Origin: Methanothrix sp.
GTDB lineage: Archaea > Halobacteriota > Methanosarcinia > Methanotrichales > Methanotrichaceae
Length of the DNA stretch: 64,000 bases
Assembly: GCA_963682135.1 (NCBI GenBank)
Contig: OY821645.1
Span: forward strand, 1,472,001 to 1,536,000
Direction: 5' to 3'
The translations under genes were made by a program, and so were the position numbers. This document shows, in pieces, positions 48,934 to 58,013 of the stretch (the stretch's first letter is position 1; each line of letters begins with the position of its first letter). The notes under the pieces are model-generated. The model saw nothing but the letters and a program-made list of their open reading frames with translations, did no database searches and was not told the origin of the DNA.

Positions 48934-51216
48934 CTAGAAATCATACGAATAGCTTTCTCCAGCATTATAGGGATATTGCCACCACTTCCAGTTATATGGA
49001 TGTTCCGCTCTAATAGTATGTTGCTGATTTCCAGTTACCTTAAAGGTGTATATCCCGTCGAGGGCATCACTTCCATTGCCATCGGACCCAATCAAAACAC
49101 CATCAACTTTGACATCAAAGCCTTTATATTGAGCAGATCTGATTGTAATTGTTGCATAATCCGCTACAGGTTCATTAGGATCAATTAATAGGCTATAAGT
49201 ACTCTGAGACGATGGAGTTGTTCCATCTACCGCCATTTTCGAGACTGTTGATGCCGCCCCACTTATTATCAAAGTCTTTGTTGTTGTATTGCCTCGAACC
49301 TTATCGTTTGTTACAGTCAGCTTCACTTCATATGTCCCTGAATCATAATATATGTGTGATATAGAGACCCCTTTTCCCGAATATCCATCGCCAAAATCCC
49401 ATTCATAAATGACGATTTTTCCATCATTGGGAACGCTTCTTGATGCATTGAAGATTATTGCTTGCTCTGCCTTGGGCTCGGTCGGAGAATACGAAAATGC
49501 AGCATTCAGAATTGATTCTCCATGCAAATCATTCGCTGCTATTGATGGTGTCGGCTCAACTTCCGGGCTAACATTCACTTCAATAAATGTTGAACTGGAC
49601 AGGCCTTTGTCATTAAACACGGTCAGGTTAACGTTATAGGTCCCACTGTCAGAGTAAGAATGCTTAATAGATGCTCTTTTTCCTGAGCATCCATCATCAA
49701 AATCCCATTCATATCTGACTATTTGTCCACCTTTATCTGTGCTCTGGGTTGCATCAAAAGTTGTATCCTCATGGACTTTTGGATTGATTGGGGCATAGGT
49801 CCCAATGGCCTGCGGAAGTGATGCTTTATCTTCATCACCTGCAGGGTTTGATGAAGTAGGCTCAACTTCCGGGCTAACATTCACTTTAATAGTTGTCGAG
49901 CTTATCAATCCTTTTTCGCTATATACTGTCAGCCTGACGTTATAGGTCCCGCTGTCCGTGTATTGGTGCTTCATTTTAACTTTGTTTCCTGAAATGCCAT
50001 CATCAAAATCCCATTCGTATCTGATTATCTGTCCACTTTTGTCTGCGCTTTGGGTTGCATCAAATACTATATCTTCACCGACTTTTGGATTGATTGGGGT
50101 ATAGATCCCAATGGCCTCGGGAAACGGCTCCGTAACACAGATATTATATGTTTTTGTGCTCTCGCATCCTTCATCATCCTTTACTGTTAGGGTTGCCGAA
50201 AAATTCCCTTCGCTCGAGTAAACATGTTGGGATACTAATTTATGAGAGGTATCACCATCTCCGAAATCCCATTCATAATCTACGATCTTGCCATCTGGGT
50301 CTGGATCAAAACTTCCTGACGCATTAAAGCATACCACGTCATCCACATATGGATGAAGAGGGCTGAGGTTGAAAAAAGGCATAGGTGGCTGATTCTCGAT
50401 AGGTGTGAGAGGTGATTTAGCGGTTTCTTCTTGAATATATATAGGGACTTGGGATGTAGCCTGGAAGAACGGACCTCCCGGATGAAGTCTCGCACCTTCT
50501 TTTCCTTCTTCCGTCCACCAGTCCATGTTTAGCCATACATCACCTTTTTCAGGGTCAGAATGTATATAGACATCGTTCACTTTGTACTGTCTTCTGATCC
50601 ATTTCTCCATTTTTTCAATATCCGTATTATTATTGCTGTTACCCATATAAACTTCGGTGTAGGCGTGCCCTCCGGAAGGACTATAAGCGAGTATAATGCG
50701 CGGAGTGCCTCCGATGGACTCGATGAGAGCTGAAAGTAATATGGAGAAATCATCGCAATCTCCTATCCCAGAGTAACCGCTTTCTTTTCCCAACTCAAGA
50801 GTATAGTTTGAATACTGAAACACATCCATACCCCTCCAATCACTGGCAAAACTCCAGTTGCTTGCCATGTAATCGTAAATGGCACAAATTTGGTCTATTC
50901 TTTGAGCGCCTGATCTCCCGGCCGCCAATATGAGGCCTTTGCTTCTGACATCTTCATTTCCTCTATTTATCTTCTTATTAATTTCATCTCTAATGTCATC
51001 CGCAGTTATCTCTTTGGTCCGATTGTAGTTTGATGTCGGCCCTCGGGGAGAAGCCGATGTGGCAAAAGATATGAGCTCAGTGCCTTTGTATTCAGTTATA
51101 TTATTTTGGCCAATAGGCCTTTCGCCGTTTGGGCCGCTAGAGTAGGCTATCTCAGTGCAGTAGCAAGGAAATGCATAGATCAATAATGCCACCAAGAGGA
51201 CCAGATAGCGCCTCAT
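48934..51216 (-). CDS. Secreted transglutaminase-like protein with four PKD domains and a C-terminal PEGA-like domain
   Basis: Signal peptide; GDCDDF / GGHAY / NMDW triad; four YEWDF(G/D)DG PKD repeats. Confidence 0.88.
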   Translation of the reverse strand: MRRYLVLLVALLIYAFPCYCTEIAYSSGPNGERPIGQNNITEYKGTELISFATSASPRGPTSNYNRTKEITADDIRDEINKKINRGNEDVRSKGLILAAGRSGAQRIDQICAIYDYMASNWSFASDWRGMDVFQYSNYTLELGKESGYSGIGDCDDFSILLSALIESIGGTPRIILAYSPSGGHAYTEVYMGNSNNNTDIEKMEKWIRRQYKVNDVYIHSDPEKGDVWLNMDWWTEEGKEGARLHPGGPFFQATSQVPIYIQEETAKSPLTPIENQPPMPFFNLSPLHPYVDDVVCFNASGSFDPDPDGKIVDYEWDFGDGDTSHKLVSQHVYSSEGNFSATLTVKDDEGCESTKTYNICVTEPFPEAIGIYTPINPKVGEDIVFDATQSADKSGQIIRYEWDFDDGISGNKVKMKHQYTDSGTYNVRLTVYSEKGLISSTTIKVNVSPEVEPTSSNPAGDEDKASLPQAIGTYAPINPKVHEDTTFDATQSTDKGGQIVRYEWDFDDGCSGKRASIKHSYSDSGTYNVNLTVFNDKGLSSSTFIEVNVSPEVEPTPSIAANDLHGESILNAAFSYSPTEPKAEQAIIFNASRSVPNDGKIVIYEWDFGDGYSGKGVSISHIYYDSGTYEVKLTVTNDKVRGNTTTKTLIISGAASTVSKMAVDGTTPSSQSTYSLLIDPNEPVADYATITIRSAQYKGFDVKVDGVLIGSDGNGSDALDGIYTFKVTGNQQHTIRAEHPYNWKWWQYPYNAGESYSYDF
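49553..50116. repeat. Tandem duplication with 306-bp period (PKD2/PKD3)
   Basis: ggctcaacttccgggctaacattcactt at 49553 and 49859; further identical blocks such as ccatcatcaaaatcccattc and acttttggattgattgggg. Confidence 0.9.
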
Positions 51217-51393
51217 ATTTACTATACTGTTTTGGAATTCTTTATATAAATTATTGTTGGCTGCAATACACTAAGAGATTGTTTTCTGATAATTACTCGA
51301 CTTTACAGCCCGTAGGCAATATCGGCGATAGGTTTCTCATGCGAAACTGTTTTTAATTTAGAAAATAAGAAAATACACAATAGGTGATCCTTA

Positions 51394-52413
51394 ATGAGAT
51401 GTCGCAGAATTGCCTCAGTGATAACCAAGCTTGCCGTAATTTTTCTGATTGGCATTGCATATGGGGAAGACTATATGGGAAGTGGGTACATAAGAAGCTC
51501 CGACAGTTCTATTGTGGGAGACGAGTGGATATATGGAATGAACCAGTGGCTAGACGGGCCAGTCTCCACCATGCCTGGATATAGTTCCCATCCATCATCT
51601 AATGACCTAGCGTCCACTAATCCGACGCAGTCCTCCTTTAAATCTTACCCACCAACTAATGGAGTGACTGTCAGGAGCGAGACGATAAGCATTCCAGTTA
51701 AATTTAATATTACACAGGAGATGCCTTCGAACGTATACTATGGAGCAGGACACGAATTGCCATTTGTTCAATATGTATCCATAATGCCCTTTGAGACTAA
51801 TGACTTATGGATTCGAGGAGCAACGAATTGGACGAGGTATTTTGTGACTTCTGCGGGATCAAAGTTGCGCTTGATTGCCAATGTATCTGGAGGAGGTACT
51901 GCAACCATTTACGATTTAATTCAAACGGATCAGATCATTTTAAAGAACCAGACATATCCGTTCTACGAAGGCTATAACTCAATGGACTTCGTAGCTGACC
52001 AGATAGGAAAACATATGCTATATTTCGTGGCAAATAACCAGCCAAGCAACGTGGTAATTGTGGATGTAACTGGTCCGGCTCCCTCGACCAAACACCAGAC
52101 AGATCCTGGAACGTTTGAGGGCCAAATCTCGTCCGCAACGCCACAGGCATATTCAGCTATTGGAGACACTAATGTAATAATTCAATCTCAAGGTATGAAA
52201 GGATATCAGGTTTATGTAGATGATGCGTATATAGGGACCGAGGGTATGGCAGATGATCTACTTGACGGAATGTTCAGCTTCAGGGTAGTTGGCAATCAGA
52301 ACCATGACGTAAGAGTTTATGATGGTCAGTTCAACTACCTGAAGAGGATGTATTTCTCAAAGGGAGTCCAAAAGATAATCAACATAGAGCCAGGAGCGTC
52401 GGGCTATCTCTAG
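51394..52413 (+). CDS. Secreted hypothetical protein with C-terminal PEGA-like domain
   Basis: Signal peptide; NDLWIRG..NW; F.ADQIGKH; MKGYQVYVDD.YIGTEG...LDG.FSF.V.GNQ.H. Confidence 0.75.
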   Translation: MRCRRIASVITKLAVIFLIGIAYGEDYMGSGYIRSSDSSIVGDEWIYGMNQWLDGPVSTMPGYSSHPSSNDLASTNPTQSSFKSYPPTNGVTVRSETISIPVKFNITQEMPSNVYYGAGHELPFVQYVSIMPFETNDLWIRGATNWTRYFVTSAGSKLRLIANVSGGGTATIYDLIQTDQIILKNQTYPFYEGYNSMDFVADQIGKHMLYFVANNQPSNVVIVDVTGPAPSTKHQTDPGTFEGQISSATPQAYSAIGDTNVIIQSQGMKGYQVYVDDAYIGTEGMADDLLDGMFSFRVVGNQNHDVRVYDGQFNYLKRMYFSKGVQKIINIEPGASGYL

Positions 52414-52498
52414 ATCGCCAAATCAAAGAGCACGCAAACATTATTTGCCATGAAGGTCACATGGTGCGAATTTAGCGTTATGCAAGTGTGGTGAATGC

Positions 52499-53284
52499 TT
52501 GAAATTGATAGTATTCTACAATGGGGAATTTGGCGAGAGGGTGGTGGGCAACCTCATCAACTATTCGGGCTTCTGCATCTCCTGTGCCGATGCCTGCACC
52601 CAGTGTCGCAATGTCCGGCCTGGCTATGCCCAAAACATCGTATCCCTGGTGGAGATGCCCGATCCCGCATCTTTGGGCGACTTCATCGATGACGTGGAGC
52701 CGCTCCTGCCCCAGAATATCCCTGCGGCAGACATCGCCCTGGTGATAAATGTCCATCCCGATATTCTCTTCGGCCTTCTTCCCAAGCTCAAGGAAGCGGG
52801 CGTGAAGGGCATTGTGGGCGGCTCGGAGTCGCCGCGCGATCTTCCCCTGGGGCAGAGAAAGCAACTGGAGGAGAAGGCAGCGGAGCTGGGAATGGAGGCG
52901 GCCTTTGCCAAGCCTTTTTGCGCTCTACGTCCCGATCCGGCCAAGCCGAACATCTACGCCTTTCTAACGGAAGCCGGCATTGGCGATCCCCTAATCGATG
53001 TAACGGTGCAGAGCAGCCGGACGGGAAAGGATCACATCCTGGCAGCCAATGTGCTGCGCAGCGCGCCCTGCGGATCCACCTGGTTTGTGGCCAAGCGCCT
53101 TCTGGGCCTCGAGCCCGACCAGCCCGATATCAGAGAGAGAATCTCCGAGGCGCATCATGCCTACCCCTGCACGGGATCGATGGAGAGGGATATGGAACTT
53201 GGCGACACCGTGCTGCACAAGGGCGGCTACATCATCCGCGATGCTGTGGAGGACGCTTTCAAGAGGGCGAAGAGGCAGGACTGA
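52499..53284 (+). CDS. DUF166-family protein
   Basis: GE..GERVVGNL, FIDD.E, KPFCAL, VLRSAPCGSTWFVA, HHAYPCTGSM. Confidence 0.8.
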   Translation: MKLIVFYNGEFGERVVGNLINYSGFCISCADACTQCRNVRPGYAQNIVSLVEMPDPASLGDFIDDVEPLLPQNIPAADIALVINVHPDILFGLLPKLKEAGVKGIVGGSESPRDLPLGQRKQLEEKAAELGMEAAFAKPFCALRPDPAKPNIYAFLTEAGIGDPLIDVTVQSSRTGKDHILAANVLRSAPCGSTWFVAKRLLGLEPDQPDIRERISEAHHAYPCTGSMERDMELGDTVLHKGGYIIRDAVEDAFKRAKRQD

Positions 53285-53339
53285 TTATCCAATATCTTCC
53301 CTCGAAAGCTTTTTGCCGTGAGAGGCCACCTTTCTGTTT

Positions 53340-53831
53340 ATGTTCTCTCCAATTCAGGCCTTTTCTGTTCTCATGATCCCATCCGCCAGTGAAACTCAGT
53401 CAGCCGCATTTTGGCTGGAGAAAGGAAATGAGCTGTGCAATAGCGGGCTGGGGGAAGAAGCGATAAAAGCATACGATCAGGCTCTGGGCATCGATGCCAC
53501 TCTGATTGATGCCTGGAACAACAAGGGCCTTGTTCTGGCCAGCCGGGAACGTTTCATGCTGGCACTGCAATGCTTTGAGGAGGTCCTTAAGCTCTCGCCT
53601 ACGCATAAGCAAGCTATGAGCAATATGGGAATGGTCTTAGCCCAGCAGAAGAAATATCCGGAGGCATTACGTTGTTTTGAGGCAGCCATCGCCGCGGACG
53701 CTTATTTCGCAGGAGCCTGGTACAATATGGCGCTGGTCTTGCAGTGCATGGACCGGGGAAAAGAGGCGATGGCCGCCATGAAGACCGCTGAGACCCTGGA
53801 GGGGAAGGCAGGCGGTTGCTGCAGACGGTGA
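53340..53831 (+). CDS. TPR-repeat protein (likely start 53373)
   Basis: W..KG..L, AWNNKG, AWYN TPR consensus. Confidence 0.85.
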   Translation: MFSPIQAFSVLMIPSASETQSAAFWLEKGNELCNSGLGEEAIKAYDQALGIDATLIDAWNNKGLVLASRERFMLALQCFEEVLKLSPTHKQAMSNMGMVLAQQKKYPEALRCFEAAIAADAYFAGAWYNMALVLQCMDRGKEAMAAMKTAETLEGKAGGCCRR

Positions 53832-53846
53832 TTTTCTATTTTTTTA

Positions 53847-54584
53847 TTATCGCTCCGGACCATCCCGGCCCGCAGCGGCAATTTTCCAGCGAATTCTCTT
53901 TATCAGACCAAGCAATGTGCGCGCTTCTCTCTGTGTAAGTTCCGCCCGGCCCAGGATGCGGCGCAGCATGAGCAGGGTAAAATCCACTTTGTGTACGGGG
54001 TAATTGACCTCGTCGAGAAGCGATCCGGTCTTTTCTTGCAGCAGAGCCAGACTCTCGCCGCTGGCCATCTCCACTTTACCCCCGTCAGCGTCTTCTGTTT
54101 GGGACAGCTCGTAGAAGAGGACAGCCGCAGAGTGAGAGAGGTTCATGACCGGATACTCGCTGCTCGTCGGAATGGAGACCAGCATATCGCAAAGAGCCAG
54201 CTCTTCTGAATTCAGGCCGCAGTCCTCTCTGCCCAGGAGCAGGGCCACGGTTCCCTCTTTTCCCTTCAGTTTTTCGGCCAGCTCCGCCGGGGTGAAGCAG
54301 GGTACGCGCAGGTGCAGGCGCAGGTGGTGCTGCGCTTCATCCAGCCTCTTTCCCGTGGTGCCCACCACCAGGTTTGCGCCCGCCAGAGCTTCGGGCAGGC
54401 TGGAGTAGGAGCGGGCCATCTGCAGAACGTCCCGGGCGTGCGAAGCCATGGCTGATGCATAGTCCTCGATCTTGCAGGCATTGACCAGCACCAGATCATG
54501 AAAGCCGAAGTTCTTCATGGCTCTCGCTACGGAGCCCACATTGCCCTCGTAAAGGGGTTCTACCAGGACGACGCGCAGGTTCAT
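53847..54584 (-). CDS. trmJ: SPOUT RNA methyltransferase, TrmJ family
   Basis: VLVEP...GNVGSVARAMKNFG, GRED.GL, YPVMNLSH. Confidence 0.88.
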   Translation of the reverse strand: MNLRVVLVEPLYEGNVGSVARAMKNFGFHDLVLVNACKIEDYASAMASHARDVLQMARSYSSLPEALAGANLVVGTTGKRLDEAQHHLRLHLRVPCFTPAELAEKLKGKEGTVALLLGREDCGLNSEELALCDMLVSIPTSSEYPVMNLSHSAAVLFYELSQTEDADGGKVEMASGESLALLQEKTGSLLDEVNYPVHKVDFTLLMLRRILGRAELTQREARTLLGLIKRIRWKIAAAGRDGPER

Positions 54585-54680
54585 CAGAAAAATGCTACCT
54601 TTTTTGCAGGGGGTTTCTTATCATCACCGGAATTGCCACCAACCTCTTTTTTTGGCCTCTTCCTGGGCTTGGTGGAAAGC

Positions 54681-55172
54681 TCACTGCATGCCCAAGCGTT
54701 CTTTTATGGTTCTGATATCTGATTGTACCTGTCTAAGAGTCATTGCGTATCCTGGCTGGATGTCTTCCCTCATGCCTTTGATCTCATCCAGCGTCATATC
54801 AGAGGTTTGCCGCACTGCTTTGAGATCATTTCTCATATCCAGGAGTAGAGGAATTGCCTTGTTCAACTGGATTGCTGAGCAAATTTGAGCATAGCTCTCA
54901 GTCTTCATAATATCGCCCTCATAATCCTCAAAAGCAATGCTCGATACCTGGGAATGTTCGGGTTTTTGGGTTTCTACCAGCTTCTTAAAATCCGCAATTG
55001 TTTCTTCATCGCCTTCAACCAGAGCTATTACTTCCGGCTCCTTTTCACCTGTTCTATTACGAGCATGAAAGCCTTTCAGACCCATGTCTATGGCATTGCT
55101 CATCAGGAAGTATCTGTAGCCCACCTCATGGACTTTCGGCCCGGCTATCTTTATCTTCAGCTTCATAGTCAT
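54681..55172 (-). CDS. Acylphosphatase-like domain with C-terminal coiled coil
   Basis: IAGPKVHEVGYR, ARN, VEGD; helical tail IK.RLGM. Confidence 0.75.
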   Translation of the reverse strand: MTMKLKIKIAGPKVHEVGYRYFLMSNAIDMGLKGFHARNRTGEKEPEVIALVEGDEETIADFKKLVETQKPEHSQVSSIAFEDYEGDIMKTESYAQICSAIQLNKAIPLLLDMRNDLKAVRQTSDMTLDEIKGMREDIQPGYAMTLRQVQSDIRTIKERLGMQ

Positions 55173-55209
55173 CCATTATGTGAATCGGTAAGCTATTTGG
55201 TTCTTGCTA

Positions 55210-56634
55210 TTATCCCTTTGATACCCCCAGAGGCACCAGCCTGGCTACCTTGGTGGCTATGCCCAGGTTATGCACCACATCCACCACATCACCGGAGGGC
55301 TTGTAGACCTGAGGTGCCTCTTCGGCCAGCATGCCGGGACTGGTGGCCTTGACCACGATGCCGTCTCTGTTCAGAGCGGCTTTCACATTCTGGCCGGTGA
55401 AGAGCTTGAGGGCCTGGCTGCGGCTCATGACCCTGCCCGCGCCGTGGCAGGCGGAACCGAAGGTGAGGTCCAGCGCCCGGTCATTGCCGCAGAGCACGTA
55501 GGAAGAGGTTCCCATGCTGCCCGGTATGAGAACCGGCTGGCCCACATCCCGGTAGGTGTCCGGCACCTCGCTGCGGCTGGGGCCGAAGGCCCGCGTGGCC
55601 CCTTTGCGGTGCACATAAAGCCGCTCGCGTTTGCCGTCCACCTGGTGCTCCTCGATCTTGGCCACATTGTGGGCCACGTCATAGACCAAATCCAGCTTTG
55701 AGCCTGGAAAGTATCTCTCGAAGACCTCGCGCGTCCAGTGGGCGATGATATGCCGGTTGGCCCAGGCGTAATTGGCAGCGCAGACCATGGCCCCGAAGTA
55801 ATTGTCGGCCTCGGGCGAGCCCAGGGGCGCGCAGGCCAGTTGCTTGTCAGCGATATCGATGTTGTACTTCTTCACCGCTTTGGATAGAACCTCCAGATGA
55901 TCGGTGCAGATCTGATGGCCGGCTCCCCGCGAGCCGCAGTGAATCATAACTGTGATCTGGCCCTTGAAAAGGCCGAACTGCTTGGCTTTTGCCTCATCAA
56001 AAATCTCCTCCACCCTCTGAATCTCCAGGAAGTGGTTGCCGCTGCCCAGTGTTCCCAACTGAGGGCGGCCACGCTTTCGTGCCTTCACGCTCACCTGGGC
56101 AGGATCAGCTCCTGGCATATGCCCGCTCTCTTCGCAGTGGGAAAGGTCGGCTTCCTCTCCGTAGCCTTCCTCCACCGCCCATTTCGAGCCGCTCATGAAG
56201 GTCTCGGTGAGCTGCTGGTCGCTAGCATGCAATCGACCCGTGGCTCCCAGGCCGGAGGGTATGGCCTCAAAGAGAGCGTCGATGAGAGTATTGATGCGCG
56301 GCTGCACTGCCTCTGCCTGCAAGTCCGTTCGTAGTAGTCGCACGCCGCAGTTGATATCAAAGCCCACTCCCCCCGGGCTGATGATGCCGCCCTCCTCTCG
56401 AAAGGCAGCCACGCCGCCGATGGGAAAGCCGTAGCCCAGGTGGGCATCGGGCATGGCCATGGAGTACTTGACAATGCCGGGCAGGCCGGCAACGTTGGCC
56501 ACCTGATCTACTGTTCCCGGCTCCACCATATCCCGAAGCACTGCGGAGACAAAAATTCTCCCAGGAACGCGCATGCCGGGTCGGTAGCCGATGGGCACCT
56601 CGTAAATGTTATCGTTGATCTTGCTAATTTCCAT
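55210..56634 (-). CDS. rtcB: tRNA-splicing ligase RtcB
   Basis: MPDAHLGYGFPIG, GFDINCG, GSGNHF, HCGSRG, HRKGA, HGAGR. Confidence 0.97.
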   Translation of the reverse strand: MEISKINDNIYEVPIGYRPGMRVPGRIFVSAVLRDMVEPGTVDQVANVAGLPGIVKYSMAMPDAHLGYGFPIGGVAAFREEGGIISPGGVGFDINCGVRLLRTDLQAEAVQPRINTLIDALFEAIPSGLGATGRLHASDQQLTETFMSGSKWAVEEGYGEEADLSHCEESGHMPGADPAQVSVKARKRGRPQLGTLGSGNHFLEIQRVEEIFDEAKAKQFGLFKGQITVMIHCGSRGAGHQICTDHLEVLSKAVKKYNIDIADKQLACAPLGSPEADNYFGAMVCAANYAWANRHIIAHWTREVFERYFPGSKLDLVYDVAHNVAKIEEHQVDGKRERLYVHRKGATRAFGPSRSEVPDTYRDVGQPVLIPGSMGTSSYVLCGNDRALDLTFGSACHGAGRVMSRSQALKLFTGQNVKAALNRDGIVVKATSPGMLAEEAPQVYKPSGDVVDVVHNLGIATKVARLVPLGVSKG

Positions 56635-56636
56635 AA

Positions 56637-57062
56637 TCACACGTCCAAAATAACCTGAATGCACCACACATCATTTTTCTTGATGCAAAACTTGTGCCGG
56701 GTGATGGCCTTGACCTCATTTGCGAAGGCGTGTCTCTTAAGATCAATCCTCTCACCGCCAATCTCTGCCTGAAGCTTCCAGGATTTCGTCACATCCTGCT
56801 CCAGTTTCACGGAAAAGGTGGAAAAGACTGCCGACTCCGTCTCAAAGAGAAAGACGATCTCAGAGAGCCATTGGTAGGCCAGATCCTCCAGATCATCGGC
56901 TTGCAGCTCTGTCTTCCAGGTCTCTTTAGCGGCGACCGTAGCCGGCTCCACCATGGATTTGAAGAGGGCAGCAGCGGCGTTGCAGAGCATCTCCTCCGGC
57001 GTCTTTCCGTAGGCTCGAAACTTTATGTCGGCAGTATGCTCCAGGTACTCAAAGGGAATCAT
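56637..57062 (-). CDS. Archease
   Basis: FEYLEHTAD, EVKAITRH, ILDV C-terminus; adjacent to rtcB. Confidence 0.95.
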   Translation of the reverse strand: MIPFEYLEHTADIKFRAYGKTPEEMLCNAAAALFKSMVEPATVAAKETWKTELQADDLEDLAYQWLSEIVFLFETESAVFSTFSVKLEQDVTKSWKLQAEIGGERIDLKRHAFANEVKAITRHKFCIKKNDVWCIQVILDV

Positions 57063-57106
57063 CTGATCAAATATTGGTGCTCCCAGGCATTAAAGCATTG
57101 CCAATT

Positions 57107-57314
57107 GGTGCCTGAGCCATTGCGGCCCGCCAGGGGCGCCTCTTCGCAAAAGTGCGGAGCGAAGCCGGCCACGAGCCACGCGGGCCTGCCGCCCACTGCT
57201 GCAGAAACCATGCTCGTCGGAAAGACGGTTAGCCCCACAGCAGCGGGGGCAGATCTCGCAGGCCTCCAGGCGAGCCAGGGCGGCGCGGGCGCGGTCTTGC
57301 AGAACTTCCTTCAG
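57107..57314 (-). pseudogene. Truncated, frameshifted PflX-type radical SAM gene remnant
   Basis: LEACEICPRCCGANRLSDEHGFC..GRQARVA, then shifted frame VAGFAPHFCEEAPLAGRNGSGT; shift caused by CGTGGC(T/C) 7-bp duplication. Confidence 0.75.
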
Positions 57315-57407
57315 CTAATAATCTATCCCAATCGATTGTGCCAGATGGTCTTTGAGAGAATTGATATATTCAGAGCACCATGTACTTTGTAAGAACAAAT
57401 ACCGAAG

Positions 57408-57977
57408 GTGACAGGAATGAAAAGCCAGACCAAGTCTCTTTCAACAGGAATTATATTTTGTTTTTTATGCTTATCTTGCGTGAGCATTTGCATAGCCCAG
57501 GATTTCCCCCTGGAGAGTGGAGCCGCAGATTGCGCCGATCTGGTCACAGCTGGCCAGAACGATGTGGCATTTGGCTGCTTCGGGCGGGCAATCGAGGCGG
57601 ACCCAAGCTCAGCCTTTGACTGGGCCGGCCAGGGCGACGTCATGAATAATGTTGGATTTTATTATCAGGCACTGGTATATTACGAGATGGCGTTGAATCT
57701 CAAGCCGGACTCTTCAAATATACTAACGAGCAAAGGCAGAACTCTTACCCGTCTGGGCAAATATGATGAAGCATTGGATATCTTCGCTCAGGCGTTGGAC
57801 CTGAGTCCTGATAATACATATACCTGGGAGAGCATAGGTGATGTTTACTCAGAGCAGGGTGATACCGAGAAGGCTGATGCTGCGTACGCCAGAGGAAAAC
57901 CTGCAACGACGACAAAACCTGCACCACAACGCAAGACGGTTGACGACTACCTTGCCAGCAGCAAAGAGGGTATTTAA
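57408..57977 (+). CDS. Secreted TPR-repeat protein
   Basis: Hydrophobic signal; ~4 TPR motifs (KGRTL..LG.YDEAL). Confidence 0.8.
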   Translation: MTGMKSQTKSLSTGIIFCFLCLSCVSICIAQDFPLESGAADCADLVTAGQNDVAFGCFGRAIEADPSSAFDWAGQGDVMNNVGFYYQALVYYEMALNLKPDSSNILTSKGRTLTRLGKYDEALDIFAQALDLSPDNTYTWESIGDVYSEQGDTEKADAAYARGKPATTTKPAPQRKTVDDYLASSKEGI

Positions 57978-58013
57978 TCCGCTTAAATCAAGAAAATTAG
58001 GCGAAGATCAGGT

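Noticed and set aside
52499-53284. Second thymidylate synthase
   Set aside because: DUF166 proteins are sometimes labelled so, but this one lacks ThyA/ThyX motifs; true thyA is at 38347
57100-57310. GC-rich intergenic stretch as RNase P or SRP RNA
   Set aside because: No GAGGAAAGUCC or SRP helix-8 motifs; explained by the PflX coding remnant
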